A DNA stretch of 64,000 bases from Chitinophagales bacterium 33-2 (GTDB taxonomy: Bacteria > Bacteroidota > Bacteroidia > Chitinophagales > Chitinophagaceae): the NCBI GenBank assembly GCA_002050435.1, contig MWYV01000030.1, forward strand, positions 17,446-81,445, read 5' to 3'. The notes below the pieces were generated by a model. It was given only the letters and a program-made list of their open reading frames with translations. It was not told the DNA's origin and made no database searches. A program made the translations under genes and the position numbers. Within the stretch, counting starts at the first letter, position 1, and every line of letters begins with the position of its first letter. Below, piece by piece: positions 46,575 to 57,417 of the stretch.

Positions 46575-48467
46575 ATGAAGAACCTGATCTTCCTCATTCC
46601 CCTGCTTCCTTTTCTTGGATTCCTGATTAATGGCCTGGGCAGAAATTTTTTGTCTAAGGCACTTGTAAGTATTGTTGGCTGTGGAACCGTACTGGCTTCG
46701 TTCATCATTTCCCTGCTGCTTTTTATAAACAAAGATTATTCAGCGCAGCCAATCTATTATTTTGATTTTATAAATATTGAGGGCTTAAGAATTCCTTTTG
46801 CCTTCCAGGTAGATCAGCTTTCCGGGTTGTTTCTGTTGATCATCACCGGTGTTGGTTTTCTGATCCATGTATATTCCACTTCGTATATGCATGAAGAATT
46901 GCGTGCGCATTTTGCAAGGTATTTTGCTTACCTCAATCTTTTTGTGTTTTCAATGCTCCTGCTGGTGATGGGTGCCAATTTTGTCATCATGTTCATTGGC
47001 TGGGAAGGCGTGGGTTTATGTTCCTATTTACTGATCGGTTATTGGTTTAAAAATGTGGATTTTACAAAAGCGGCAAAAAAAGCTTTTGTTATGAATAGGA
47101 TCGGCGATCTTGGATTTTTGCTTGCAGTTTTCTGGATCATTCAACAATTTGGAACGGTATCTTATTATGAATTGTTCAATGCGGAAACAGGAAAAGTAGC
47201 CATACTCTCCGCACAAAATTCAACCGCCATTGTTGGCATTACCTTATTGTTGTTTTTAGGCGCAACTGGTAAAAGCGCACAGATCCCTTTATATACATGG
47301 CTGCCCGATGCCATGGCAGGCCCCACCCCGGTTTCCGCGCTCATACATGCGGCTACCATGGTTACCGCTGGCATTTACATGATCGCCAGGAGTAATGTAC
47401 TGTTCAATCTTGCACCGCTGACTATGGGCATCATTGCTGTAGTTGGTGCCGCTACCGCTTTGCTCGCAGCTACCATTGCCATCAGGCAAAACGATATTAA
47501 AAAAGTATTGGCTTATTCCACCGTAAGTCAATTAGGGTATATGTTCCTGGCGCTTGGTACGGGAGCCTATGTGGCTGCTGTGTTTCATGTAATGACCCAT
47601 GCCTTTTTTAAAGCATTGTTATTCCTTGGTTCCGGATCCGTTATTCATGCAGTGAGCGGTCAGCAGGACATCAGGCTGATGGGTGGATTAAGAAAAAAAC
47701 TTCCGGTTACTTATTTTACTTTTCTGATCGGTTGTATTGCAATAGCAGGAATTCCCCCGCTTTCAGGATTCTTTTCAAAAGATGCCATTCTACTGAATGT
47801 TTTTGTAAACGATAAATTTTTGTGGGTGATCGGATTGATCACTGCCGCACTGACTGCATTTTATATGTTCAGACTGCTGTTCATCACTTTTAATGGAACA
47901 TTCAGGGGTACCGAAGAACAGCGGGTGCATATTCACGAAAGTCCTGCTGCCATGACCCTGCCACTTATTGTCCTGGCTGTTCTTTCCATCATTGGTGGTT
48001 TCATCGGTGTGCCTGAACTTTTTATGGAAGGTGGTGAATGGTTAACCGGCTTTTTAGCTCCTGTGGTTCCAGTTGTAAAACTTCATGTGGAACATGCCAC
48101 GGAATACCTGCTGATCGCCCTTACAACCGGTGTGGCTGTTATTGCTATTCTGCTTGCTTTTTTCAGGTACAAAAAATACAGGCCCGAACAACCTTCGGGT
48201 TTTGCCAGGGTTCTGGAAAACAAATGGTATGTTGATGAATTATACAACAGCATTTTTGTTCAGCCATTAAATAAACTCGGCGTAGCAGCCAACCGTTATT
48301 TTGAAAGAAGCGGTATTGATGCACTGGTAAATGGAGTTGGAAGGCTGGTACATTATGGTGGAAGGCAAATGCGCTGGCTGCAAAGCGGACAGGTTGGGAA
48401 TTATATTTTGCTGATGGTGATCAGCATGTTCCTGTTCTTCCTTTGGCAGTTTTTTATAAGAAAATAA
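46575..48467 (+). CDS. nuoL: NADH-quinone oxidoreductase subunit L
   Basis: Antiporter-like subunit (GWEGVGLCSYLLIG, GKSAQIPLYTWLPDAMAGPTPVSALIHAATMVTAG). Confidence 0.95.
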   Translation: MKNLIFLIPLLPFLGFLINGLGRNFLSKALVSIVGCGTVLASFIISLLLFINKDYSAQPIYYFDFINIEGLRIPFAFQVDQLSGLFLLIITGVGFLIHVYSTSYMHEELRAHFARYFAYLNLFVFSMLLLVMGANFVIMFIGWEGVGLCSYLLIGYWFKNVDFTKAAKKAFVMNRIGDLGFLLAVFWIIQQFGTVSYYELFNAETGKVAILSAQNSTAIVGITLLLFLGATGKSAQIPLYTWLPDAMAGPTPVSALIHAATMVTAGIYMIARSNVLFNLAPLTMGIIAVVGAATALLAATIAIRQNDIKKVLAYSTVSQLGYMFLALGTGAYVAAVFHVMTHAFFKALLFLGSGSVIHAVSGQQDIRLMGGLRKKLPVTYFTFLIGCIAIAGIPPLSGFFSKDAILLNVFVNDKFLWVIGLITAALTAFYMFRLLFITFNGTFRGTEEQRVHIHESPAAMTLPLIVLAVLSIIGGFIGVPELFMEGGEWLTGFLAPVVPVVKLHVEHATEYLLIALTTGVAVIAILLAFFRYKKYRPEQPSGFARVLENKWYVDELYNSIFVQPLNKLGVAANRYFERSGIDALVNGVGRLVHYGGRQMRWLQSGQVGNYILLMVISMFLFFLWQFFIRK

Positions 48468-48523
48468 TTTCTGGTAAAGTACCGGACAAATAAAGAAGGC
48501 AACTTCTTAAACGGGTTCTGATT

Positions 48524-49999
48524 ATGATCGTTTTTTTATTATTTCTTATACCATTGATCGGGGGGCTGGTGTCTTTCCTTATTCGCGATGGAAAGGCTGT
48601 GCGTATTTGGACATTATTTGTTTCTATTGTGTTGCTGGGTGTTTCATTGGCTGCCAACAATTTTGTTGCAGATCCTGCCCAGCTAAGTTTTAATGCGCAA
48701 TGGCTTGGAACGCTGGGAAGTTCCTTCTCGATGAAACTGGATGGTTTATCAAAACTGCTTTGTTTGCTAACGGCAGTGGCTTATCCAATTATATTTATTG
48801 CCACTTGGAAATCTTCTTACACCAGGCCTAATAATTTTTTTGGACTGATGCTATTAACCCAGGCGGGGCTGATGGGTGTTTTCACAGCCACTGATGCCTT
48901 GTTATTCTACTTCTTCTGGGAACTGGCACTGATTCCCGTTTATTTTCTTTGTTCCGGGTGGGGTGGAGAAAAAAGAATTTCAGTAACATTTAAATTTTTT
49001 ATTTACACATTTACTGCTTCAGTAGTCATGTTGATTGGACTGGTGTATTTATATTTCCAGACGCCGGATCGTTCTTTTTCAATGGAATCTTTTTATGCAT
49101 TAAACCTGGATGCGTCAACCCAAAGCTGGGTATTCTGGATACTGTTCCTTGCATTTGCAGTAAAGATGCCCGTCTTTCCTTTTCACACCTGGCAGCCTGA
49201 TACTTATGAACAATCACCTACCGCGGTAACCATGGTATTGAGCGGCATTATGGTGAAGATGGGAATATTTGGAGTCATCAGGTGGGTCCTGCCTATCGTT
49301 CCTGTCGGGGCTTATGCCTGGGGCGATCTCGTCATGAGTTTCTCCATTGCCGGAATTATCTATGCATCCATTATTGCTATCCAGCAGGACGATCTGAAAA
49401 GACTGATCGCTTATTCTTCCATTGCGCATATTGGTTTGATGGCTGCAACCTTGTTTGCAGAAACAAGATCCGGATTTCAGGGTGTAATGATTCAGATGTT
49501 TAATCACGGGGTCAATATTATCGGGTTGTGGATTGTGGTTGAACTTATAGAAAGACAATTTGGAACCAGGAAATTATCGCAGCTTGGAGGCATTGCACAA
49601 AAGGCCCCTGTTTTGGCAACTTTGCTGGTGATTGTTGCTTTTGCAAATATTTCACTACCGCTGACGAATGCTTTTGTAGGTGAATTTTTAATGTTTAACG
49701 GCATCTGGAATTCTGCTGTTACGGAATACAGGATCGTATTTACAGCCCTTGCGGGGTTGAGTATTATTCTTGCCGCTGTGTACACATTAAATATGATACA
49801 GAAGGTGTTTTTCGGACCGGAAAATGACATCACATCCAAAGGAGTGGACATCAGGTTAAATGAAAAGCTGGCACTGAGTGGGATTGTATTGCTGATCCTG
49901 GTTTTTGGGATCTATCCCCAGCCACTGCTGAACCTGACCAGTGGATTTGTAGAAAGCTTACTAACAAAAATAAATGTCGCTAACCTGATTGTAAACTAA
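48524..49999 (+). CDS. nuoM: NADH-quinone oxidoreductase subunit M
   Basis: Antiporter-like subunit (FFWELALIPVYFL, KMPVFPFHTWQPDTY). Confidence 0.95.
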   Translation: MIVFLLFLIPLIGGLVSFLIRDGKAVRIWTLFVSIVLLGVSLAANNFVADPAQLSFNAQWLGTLGSSFSMKLDGLSKLLCLLTAVAYPIIFIATWKSSYTRPNNFFGLMLLTQAGLMGVFTATDALLFYFFWELALIPVYFLCSGWGGEKRISVTFKFFIYTFTASVVMLIGLVYLYFQTPDRSFSMESFYALNLDASTQSWVFWILFLAFAVKMPVFPFHTWQPDTYEQSPTAVTMVLSGIMVKMGIFGVIRWVLPIVPVGAYAWGDLVMSFSIAGIIYASIIAIQQDDLKRLIAYSSIAHIGLMAATLFAETRSGFQGVMIQMFNHGVNIIGLWIVVELIERQFGTRKLSQLGGIAQKAPVLATLLVIVAFANISLPLTNAFVGEFLMFNGIWNSAVTEYRIVFTALAGLSIILAAVYTLNMIQKVFFGPENDITSKGVDIRLNEKLALSGIVLLILVFGIYPQPLLNLTSGFVESLLTKINVANLIVN

Positions 50000-50000
50000 T

Positions 50001-51368
50001 ATGAATGCATTAATATTTTCAGCGCTTAGTGGTGTGATCATGATGTATAGTGGTTTTGTCTTTAAAAGCAACAAAGCCATAAGAACACTTGCACATATTT
50101 TACTTGCTCTTGTTATTGTTGCAAACCTGATGGAATTAAAAGGTATTGCAATTTTCGAGGTGGATACAAAGGGCATGTTGTACTTCGACAAATTTGCCTT
50201 ACTGTTCATGTTAATAGCCAATTTTTGTACGCTTGCTTTTTTTATATTGTCTTCAAAAGATATGGAGCGGGTAGGCAGAAGTTACAGTGAGTATTTTGCG
50301 CTGCTGTTCTTTATCATTGCTGGTATTGCCATTGCATCTTCTTTCAAGTCATTGCTCATGCTCTTTCTTGGAATTGAAATCATTTCCATTCCATTGTACA
50401 TTTTAACGGGTACGGACAAACTGAATCTGAAAAGCAATGAAGCCTCATTAAAATATTTTTTACTTGGTGCTTTTTCTACAGGCCTGATGTTAATGGGTAT
50501 TGCATTGGTTTATGGTGCTACAGGTAGTTTTATAACTTCTGAGATGGTTGTCAATCCACAGTTCGAGGTGCTGCTGGTGATTGGCATGATGCTGTTGTTA
50601 TTTTCCATGGCGTTTAAAGTTTCTGCAGCTCCCTTTCACTTCTGGACGCCCGATGTTTATGACGGAGCTCCCACTGTTTTTACTTCTTTCATGTCAACCA
50701 TAGTGAAGGCAGCCGGTTTTATAGCTTTTCTAAGGTTATTCGATGATGTATTCTCCGGTATCCGCCCCGAGTGGAAGATCCTGGTGGCCTTCATCACCGC
50801 CATCACTTTATTTATTGGAAATATTACGGCGGTCTTTCAGCAAAGTGTCAAAAGAATGCTGGCCTATTCAAGTATTTCACAGGCAGGTTTTATGATGCTG
50901 GCGGTATATGCACTGAATTCGGATGCCAAGGAAGGATTGCTGCTTTATGCGGCTGCCTATTCCATTGCAACCATAGGCATTTTTGCAGTTTTAATAAAAA
51001 TGAAGGATTATACTTTTGATGGATTCAATGGCCTTGCAAGACAGCAACCTTTAATTGCAGCAACACTGGTGGTATTTCTATTATCACTTGCCGGTATTCC
51101 GCTCACAGCAGGTTTTCTTTCGAAATTTTACATGCTGAAGGCTACCATAAATGCAGGGGGCATCCTGCTGGCCATCTTCGCGGTGCTCATGGCAGCCGTG
51201 AGTGTATATTATTATTTCAGACTGATTCAGTCCATGTATTTTAAAGAAGGCAATCCAATTGCGATCGATATCAGTACGGAATTCAGGTTTACCCTCGTGG
51301 CACTGGCAGGAGTTACCATTCTGCTGGGTTTATTCCCGAATCTGATCACCCACTGGCTCTATTTCTAA
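50001..51368 (+). CDS. nuoN: NADH-quinone oxidoreductase subunit N
   Basis: Antiporter-like subunit (KVSAAPFHFWTPDVYDGAPT). Last gene of the operon. Confidence 0.95.
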   Translation: MNALIFSALSGVIMMYSGFVFKSNKAIRTLAHILLALVIVANLMELKGIAIFEVDTKGMLYFDKFALLFMLIANFCTLAFFILSSKDMERVGRSYSEYFALLFFIIAGIAIASSFKSLLMLFLGIEIISIPLYILTGTDKLNLKSNEASLKYFLLGAFSTGLMLMGIALVYGATGSFITSEMVVNPQFEVLLVIGMMLLLFSMAFKVSAAPFHFWTPDVYDGAPTVFTSFMSTIVKAAGFIAFLRLFDDVFSGIRPEWKILVAFITAITLFIGNITAVFQQSVKRMLAYSSISQAGFMMLAVYALNSDAKEGLLLYAAAYSIATIGIFAVLIKMKDYTFDGFNGLARQQPLIAATLVVFLLSLAGIPLTAGFLSKFYMLKATINAGGILLAIFAVLMAAVSVYYYFRLIQSMYFKEGNPIAIDISTEFRFTLVALAGVTILLGLFPNLITHWLYF

Positions 51369-51414
51369 TAAAACAGGGAAGCGGCACTTCCCCTACACTA
51401 TCTTAGTAAACGCA

Positions 51415-52686
51415 ATGAGATCCCGGGATGTTTTTTCACTGGCCTTCAGATCTGTACGAAGTAATTTATTGCGTACAGGCATTACTGTGGCAATTATTGC
51501 CTTAGGCATCATGGCATTGATCGGCATCATTACGGCCATCCAGGCCATGAACCAGAAGTTTACCGAGAGCTTTTCCACTATGGGTGCCAATGGCTTCAGT
51601 CTTCGGTTTAAAGAAAGGAATATCCGTTTTGGAAACAAAAGTTCAGAAATGAAGCTTGAAAAAAAAGGGGAACGCAAAGAAAAAGCTTCCAACCTCGATA
51701 AACGGATCACACAGGAAGAGGCTGAACAATTTTTAAAATATTACCAGTTTCCTGCAGTGGCCAGTATTTCAAATTCTGCCGGTAATAATTATACCGCTTC
51801 GCATGAATCGATTAAAACGAATCCAAATGTTTTTCTTTTTGGAGGAGATGAAAACTACCTGGAGCTGAACAGCTATGAACTGCTGGAAGGAAGGAATTTT
51901 ACCCGGCAGGAGATACAGGGTGCACAGGAGGTATGTTTTTTAGGCTATGATGTGGCAGCCAGGTTATTCCGGAGCAACCCTTCAGGTGCTGTGGGAAAAA
52001 CCATCAGGATCAACGAAAAGCCTTACCGCGTTTTAGGCGTACTGGAAAGCAAGGGTTCTACATTTGGTTTCAGCCGTGATAATATTATTGTAGCGGGATA
52101 TAAAAATGTAAAACGTTTTTTTGGTGCAGGCTCCTTTAGTGTTGGAGTAAAAACGGCGGATGTACGCCAGGTGGAAGCCGCAATGGGCGAAGCGGAGGGT
52201 ATTTTCAGGTCTGTAAGAAAGCTACAGACAACAGAAGAAAGCAATTTTGTTACAGAAAGAAGTAACAGTGTGGCAGAAAAGGCCATGAGCGTATTAAGTT
52301 ACCTCACCATTGCCGTTATTGTGATAGGGTTAATTACTTTAACAGGTTCAGCCATAGGTTTAATGAATATCATGCTGGTTTCTGTAGCGGAAAGGACCAA
52401 GGAAGTGGGGCTCATTAAAGCCATCGGGGGCAAAAGTGCAGCGGTGCGGCAGCAATTTTTGGTGGAAGCATTGATTATAAGTACGCTAGGAGCCGTGTTT
52501 GGTATTATTTTGGGAATCCTCCTGGGGAACCTGTTTGCCATGGTACTGGAAACAGGGTTTGTTATTCCATGGAACTGGATTGTCTATGGGATCGCAATAT
52601 GTACCCTTGTGGGTTTGCTGGCTGGATTATATCCCGCATTAATGGCAGGCCGGTTAAATCCAATAGATGCTTTACGTTATGAATAA
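51415..52686 (+). CDS. FtsX/MacB-type ABC transporter permease (no adjacent ATPase)
   Basis: N-terminal TM helix, large periplasmic domain, C-terminal FtsX four-TM module (ERTKEVGLIKAIGG). Confidence 0.85.
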   Translation: MRSRDVFSLAFRSVRSNLLRTGITVAIIALGIMALIGIITAIQAMNQKFTESFSTMGANGFSLRFKERNIRFGNKSSEMKLEKKGERKEKASNLDKRITQEEAEQFLKYYQFPAVASISNSAGNNYTASHESIKTNPNVFLFGGDENYLELNSYELLEGRNFTRQEIQGAQEVCFLGYDVAARLFRSNPSGAVGKTIRINEKPYRVLGVLESKGSTFGFSRDNIIVAGYKNVKRFFGAGSFSVGVKTADVRQVEAAMGEAEGIFRSVRKLQTTEESNFVTERSNSVAEKAMSVLSYLTIAVIVIGLITLTGSAIGLMNIMLVSVAERTKEVGLIKAIGGKSAAVRQQFLVEALIISTLGAVFGIILGILLGNLFAMVLETGFVIPWNWIVYGIAICTLVGLLAGLYPALMAGRLNPIDALRYE

Positions 52687-52854
52687 AATATCTGTGAATT
52701 GTGAAAACATATCTTTCCTACCTTTAAGAGCTTTTGTTTTTGAGCACACTGTGAAAAAAATGTAAACTTGTAAACTTTTAATTGCATTTTTTCCTTAGAA
52801 TTGTGACCGAAAGAAAAATGGAATATTTTAAAATTAAATTTAAAAATTAGAAAA

Positions 52855-53721
52855 ATGGCAGACACTAGACCGACTGCAGGTACAACATCAGTTAAGGCTA
52901 CATCAGTACAACCGAAGCGAAGCAGTAATGCAATTTCATGGCTTGCACCCATACTTTGTATCCTTGCAGGTTATGTTATCTGGAGGTTTTTGATCGGCAA
53001 CCCGAGTGGATTTGAGAATCCGAATATAACTACAGGTTGGTTTTGGCCAGAGCACCACACACCTAAAAATGCCTTTCACAGGATTTATGAAGGTGGAATC
53101 ATTGTTCCTCTTCTACTTGGAATGTTCCTGATGGTAATCACTTTTTCCATCGAGCGTTTCATTACCATCAGCAAAGCGCTTGGTAAAGGATCCATCGCAG
53201 ATTTTATCCGCAGGGTTCAATACCATCTTGCTAATAGAAATGTTGATGCGGCACTTGCAGAATGCGACAAACAACGCGGATCTGTTGCCAATGTTATGAA
53301 AGCAGGCTTGCGTCGTTACAAAGAAATGATCAATATAACTGAACTGGATACCGAGCAGAAAGTGATTTCCATTCAAAAAGAAGTTGAAGAAGCAACCGCT
53401 CTTGAATTACCTATGCTTCAAAAAAACCTGGTGTTTCTTTCCACCATTACTTCGGTAGGTACGCTTGTAGCGTTATTAGGTACCGTAATGGGAATGATCA
53501 AATCCTTCGCAGCACTTGGTGCCGGCGGTGGTGGCGGTGATGCAACTGCACTGGCTGTTGGTATCTCGGAGGCCCTGTATAATACCGCGCTTGGTATCGG
53601 TACCTCAGCCCTTGCCTTGATCATGTACAACATCTTTACTACCAAGATCGACAGCATTACCTATGGTATTGATGAATCTGGGTTTACATTAACACAATCT
53701 TTTGCTTCTTTGTACAAATAA
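52855..53721 (+). CDS. exbB: MotA/TolQ/ExbB proton-channel protein
   Basis: C-terminal ExbB signature (GLLGTVMGMI...AVGISEALYNTALGI). Confidence 0.9.
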   Translation: MADTRPTAGTTSVKATSVQPKRSSNAISWLAPILCILAGYVIWRFLIGNPSGFENPNITTGWFWPEHHTPKNAFHRIYEGGIIVPLLLGMFLMVITFSIERFITISKALGKGSIADFIRRVQYHLANRNVDAALAECDKQRGSVANVMKAGLRRYKEMINITELDTEQKVISIQKEVEEATALELPMLQKNLVFLSTITSVGTLVALLGTVMGMIKSFAALGAGGGGGDATALAVGISEALYNTALGIGTSALALIMYNIFTTKIDSITYGIDESGFTLTQSFASLYK

Positions 53722-53781
53722 GCAAAAAACGTTTGTGGAAATCAGAACCGATTGACTCTCAATTCAAAATTTTTTTAAAAT

Positions 53782-54450
53782 ATGCCAAGTGTAAAAATTA
53801 AAAAGAAAAGCACCTGGACGGATATGACACCCTTTGTGGATGTTGCCTTCCTGATCCTGGCTTTCTTTATTATGGCTACCAAGTTCAAGCCACCTGAACT
53901 GGTGGAGATCACTACTCCAAAATCGGTTTCATCCGATAAACTGGAGCAAAAAGATGCACTCCGGATCGATTTTGATAAGGATGGAAGGGTTTTCCTGACT
54001 GTTCAGGCTCAAAAAACTGAGGATAATGTTCTTAAGAAGACTTTGATCGAGAATATTAATACATCCAGGAACCTTGGACTTACAGAAGCAGAAATGAATG
54101 CTTATGTAAGTAATACCATGGTTGGTGTTCCGTTCAATAAGCTGAAAGGGTACCTGCAACTGAAAGATGACCAGCGCAAAGACGTACTTGAAGGCATTCC
54201 GGTAACGGATAGTGCTGATAATCAGCTTGCCACATGGGTGGCTGCTGCAGCAAATGCATTTTCGGGAAAACCGCTTCAGTTTATGATCAAAGGCGATAAC
54301 AACGCTAAATTTCCATCTTTTAAAGGTGTAATTGATGCCATGCGCCGAAATGAAGTTTTTAAATACCAGTTGATCACTGATCCTGAAGGAGTGCCGCCTG
54401 GTTCAGAATTGTATAAACTCAATTTGAAGCAGCAGCGTGCCGGTTCTTAA
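53782..54450 (+). CDS. exbD: ExbD/TolR family biopolymer transport protein
   Basis: N-terminus DMTPFVDVAFLILAFFIM. Confidence 0.85.
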   Translation: MPSVKIKKKSTWTDMTPFVDVAFLILAFFIMATKFKPPELVEITTPKSVSSDKLEQKDALRIDFDKDGRVFLTVQAQKTEDNVLKKTLIENINTSRNLGLTEAEMNAYVSNTMVGVPFNKLKGYLQLKDDQRKDVLEGIPVTDSADNQLATWVAAAANAFSGKPLQFMIKGDNNAKFPSFKGVIDAMRRNEVFKYQLITDPEGVPPGSELYKLNLKQQRAGS

Positions 54451-54468
54451 CAATTAAATTTAAACGAT

Positions 54469-55068
54469 ATGGCTAGTATTGATAGCGATAGCGAAAGTAG
54501 TCACAAGAAAGGCCCCGGGGTCAAAAAAGCAAAAAAGCTTTCCACCAATGTGGACATGACCCCAATGGTTGATCTTGGATTTCTGCTGATCACCTTTTTT
54601 ATATTCACGGCAACCATGAGTACGCCAAGTACCATGCGCCTGACTATGCCAAAAGATGATAAAAAGCCCGAAGACCTTACAGAGGTTAAAGAATCAGGTG
54701 CACTTACCATCATGGCAGGAAGAGATGACAGGCTTTTTTATTATGAGGGGCAACTTGCGGCTGATGGTGCAAACTTTCAGTCTACCACTTACAAGGAAGT
54801 AAGAGATGTGATCCTGAATAAGAAAAAGCAGGTGATTGCTGCCCACCAGCATGACGCAGGTTGTGAAAAGATCTGGGCTAGAAATGGTGGTGACAGGAAT
54901 TCATGCAGGGATAAAGATTTTGTTGTGGTGATCAAGCCAAATGAAAATGCCACTTATAAAAATTCTGTTGACCTGCTGGATGAAATGGCGATAAATGATG
55001 TGCAACGTTTTGCGCTTATAGATATTACACCACAGGAAAATCAATTTGTTCAGGCATCTGATCAATGA
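54469..55068 (+). CDS. exbD: ExbD/TolR family biopolymer transport protein (second copy)
   Basis: N-terminus VDMTPMVDLGFLLITFFIF. Confidence 0.85.
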   Translation: MASIDSDSESSHKKGPGVKKAKKLSTNVDMTPMVDLGFLLITFFIFTATMSTPSTMRLTMPKDDKKPEDLTEVKESGALTIMAGRDDRLFYYEGQLAADGANFQSTTYKEVRDVILNKKKQVIAAHQHDAGCEKIWARNGGDRNSCRDKDFVVVIKPNENATYKNSVDLLDEMAINDVQRFALIDITPQENQFVQASDQ

Positions 55069-55120
55069 TGTGCTATTTGTGGAATGTATTAATTAAGTGC
55101 ATCTTATAAAAAATTTTTAA

Positions 55121-55951
55121 ATGGAAGCGAATAAAATATTACAGGCCGATCTGCTGGATCTGATCTTTGAGGACCGTAATAAAGATTATGGGGCCTACGA
55201 ACTCAGAAAGAAATACAACAAGCGCATAGCAGTAGCCCTTGGTGGAACTGCAGCAATTGCAATTTTTATTTTTGGGTCCATTATGTTAGCCAACAAAGTA
55301 TCGGAGTCCGACAGCAATGATGTGATCATCCGTGATGTTGTGGTTCAGGAGATCAACCAGCCCGATGAACCACCACCGCCGCCGCCACCGCCACCACCAC
55401 AGGCGCCGCCGCCACCGCCACAGGTAGAGATGGCAAAATTTACGCCTCCGGTTATTAAGAAAGATGAGGAAGTAAAACAGGAAGAGATTCCACCTATCAA
55501 GGAGATGGAAGATAAAAAGATCAGCATTATTAACCAGGAAGGAGTAAAAGACGTTGGTATTATTACGCCGCCTGTTGTTGATGCAGGTAAAGGTGTAGTG
55601 GAAGCGCCAAAAGCAGTGGACGAAAACCAGATATTTGAAAAAGTGGAAATACCCGCTTCAGTTGATACCAGGAGCTGGAGAAGGCATCTTGAAAGCCAGT
55701 TGCAGCGTTATATTGAAGATGCAGCTTCACAGGGCATGAGCCCGGGCCAATATACCGTGCAGGTGAGATTTCTTGTGGAAAGAGATGGTTCCATCGCGGA
55801 TGTAAAGGCACTGAACGAACCAGGTTATGGATTAGGTAAGGGTGCTGTTGATGTAGTGAGAAGAGGTCCTAAATGGAAACCAGGTGAGCAGAATGGCCGC
55901 CAGGTACGTTCTTATCACACACAGCCTATTACTTTTGTAGTTTCAGATTAA
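55121..55951 (+). CDS. tonB: energy transducer TonB (paralog 2, proline-rich)
   Basis: N-terminus DLLDLIFEDRNKDYGAYELRK, a P10-QA-P5 tract, and a C-terminal TonB_C domain (KWKPGEQNGRQV). Confidence 0.85.
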   Translation: MEANKILQADLLDLIFEDRNKDYGAYELRKKYNKRIAVALGGTAAIAIFIFGSIMLANKVSESDSNDVIIRDVVVQEINQPDEPPPPPPPPPPQAPPPPPQVEMAKFTPPVIKKDEEVKQEEIPPIKEMEDKKISIINQEGVKDVGIITPPVVDAGKGVVEAPKAVDENQIFEKVEIPASVDTRSWRRHLESQLQRYIEDAASQGMSPGQYTVQVRFLVERDGSIADVKALNEPGYGLGKGAVDVVRRGPKWKPGEQNGRQVRSYHTQPITFVVSD

Positions 55952-55970
55952 GAAAATTCAACTATACTTT

Positions 55971-56004
55971 AATCCCCTCCAGAAATGTGAGGGGATTTTT
56001 ATTT
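55971..56004 (+). terminator. rho-independent terminator after tonB
   Basis: ATCCCCTC-9 nt-GAGGGGAT followed by TTTTTATTTT. Confidence 0.7.
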
Positions 56005-56024
56005 TGAGCCACTTAATTTTGCGC

Positions 56025-57410
56025 ATGAGTTTGAGGTTATCAGGTTGGGATGATACGATAGTGGCCCTGGCAACTCCGCCAGGTATTGGCGCAATAGGCG
56101 TGATTAGACTAAGTGGCGAGAAAGCAATTGCTATTGTAAATAACCTGTTCCCATCAAAGGACCTGGAAGCGCATCCTTCTCACAGTCTGCATGTGGGTAT
56201 ACTGAGGTATGAAGGGAAGCTGCTTGATGAAGTGGTTGTTTCTATTTTTAAAAATAAAAAATCTTACACCGGAGAGAATACGGCGGAGATCAGCTGCCAT
56301 GGTTCTCCTTTCATTCACCAGCAGGTAATGGAAGCCTGTATAGCATCAGGAGCAAGACTGGCAAAACCGGGTGAGTTTACACAGCGTGCCTTTTTAAATG
56401 GTAAGCTTGATCTTGCACAGGCCGAAGCAGTGGCTGATCTTATTGCCAGCAATTCGCAAGCCTCGCACAAGGCTGCAATACAAAATATCAGAGGTGGCTT
56501 TTCTCACGCATTAAAATCATTGAGGGAGCAACTCATCAAATTCTCCGCGCTGATTGAACTTGAACTGGATTTTTCACAGGAAGATGTGGAGTTTGCCGAC
56601 CGTACACAATTGAATGCGTTGGTACAGGATGCATTAATTCAAACAGGATTGTTGTTGCAGTCTTTCCGGTTGGGTAATGTTATTAAGAATGGTGTAAGCG
56701 TTGCAATCATTGGAAAGCCGAATGCAGGAAAATCGACCTTATTAAATACTTTGCTGAATGAAGACCGCGCGATTGTAAGTGAAATACCGGGAACGACAAG
56801 AGATACGATAGAAGAGGTGATCAACATTGATGGCATTTTGTTCCGGCTGATTGATACTGCGGGTATCCGGAGCCATTCGGACGATGCCATTGAATCAGTT
56901 GGCATTTTAAGGAGTCTTAAAAAAATGGAGGAAGCCGACCTGGTGTTATTTGTATTTGATGTGAATGAGGAATCGCTAACAGCACTTGAACAAACGATTG
57001 CAGAATTAAAATCCAGGAAGATCAATTTTTTATTGGTTGGTAACAAGGTAGATCTTACAGATTCGCAGGCAGCAAAGGAAAAATTAAAGTATGCGGAGGG
57101 ATTGATCTTTATTTCAGCCAAAGGAGGCACGCACATGGAAGTGCTTAAAGAAAAAATGGTTGATGTGGTTTTGCAAAATGCTTCCTTATCAGAAAATGTT
57201 CTTGTAACCAATGCCCGGCATTTTCATTCGCTCACACAGGTGCATCAATCATTGCAGGATGTGGAGCAGGGTTTAGAAAACAATATTTCCGGTGATCTTT
57301 TATCGCTGGATATCCGTCGGTGTTTGCAGTTTCTAGGTGAGATCACAGGTGAAATTACAAATGAAGACCAGCTGGATTATATTTTTAGTAAGTTTTGCAT
57401 CGGAAAGTAA
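56025..57410 (+). CDS. mnmE: tRNA modification GTPase MnmE
   Basis: DTIVALATPPGIGAIGVIRLSG, G-domain GKPNAGKSTL and DTAG, C-terminal FCIGK. Confidence 0.95.
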   Translation: MSLRLSGWDDTIVALATPPGIGAIGVIRLSGEKAIAIVNNLFPSKDLEAHPSHSLHVGILRYEGKLLDEVVVSIFKNKKSYTGENTAEISCHGSPFIHQQVMEACIASGARLAKPGEFTQRAFLNGKLDLAQAEAVADLIASNSQASHKAAIQNIRGGFSHALKSLREQLIKFSALIELELDFSQEDVEFADRTQLNALVQDALIQTGLLLQSFRLGNVIKNGVSVAIIGKPNAGKSTLLNTLLNEDRAIVSEIPGTTRDTIEEVINIDGILFRLIDTAGIRSHSDDAIESVGILRSLKKMEEADLVLFVFDVNEESLTALEQTIAELKSRKINFLLVGNKVDLTDSQAAKEKLKYAEGLIFISAKGGTHMEVLKEKMVDVVLQNASLSENVLVTNARHFHSLTQVHQSLQDVEQGLENNISGDLLSLDIRRCLQFLGEITGEITNEDQLDYIFSKFCIGK

Positions 57411-57417
57411 ACCGCCG

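Noticed and set aside
55345-55527. Gly-run ORF (GGGGACGGGGGGGGGG) on the minus strand
   Set aside because: It is simply the reverse complement of the TonB poly-proline tract.
56639-57211. 190-aa antisense ORF inside mnmE, and similar long shadow ORFs at 62393-62860, 17281-17712, 37613-38077, 28806-29228, 87-551 and 57395-57763
   Set aside because: All lie fully inside strongly supported genes on the opposite strand and have Ser/Cys/Phe-rich, family-less sequences. These are typical shadow ORFs.
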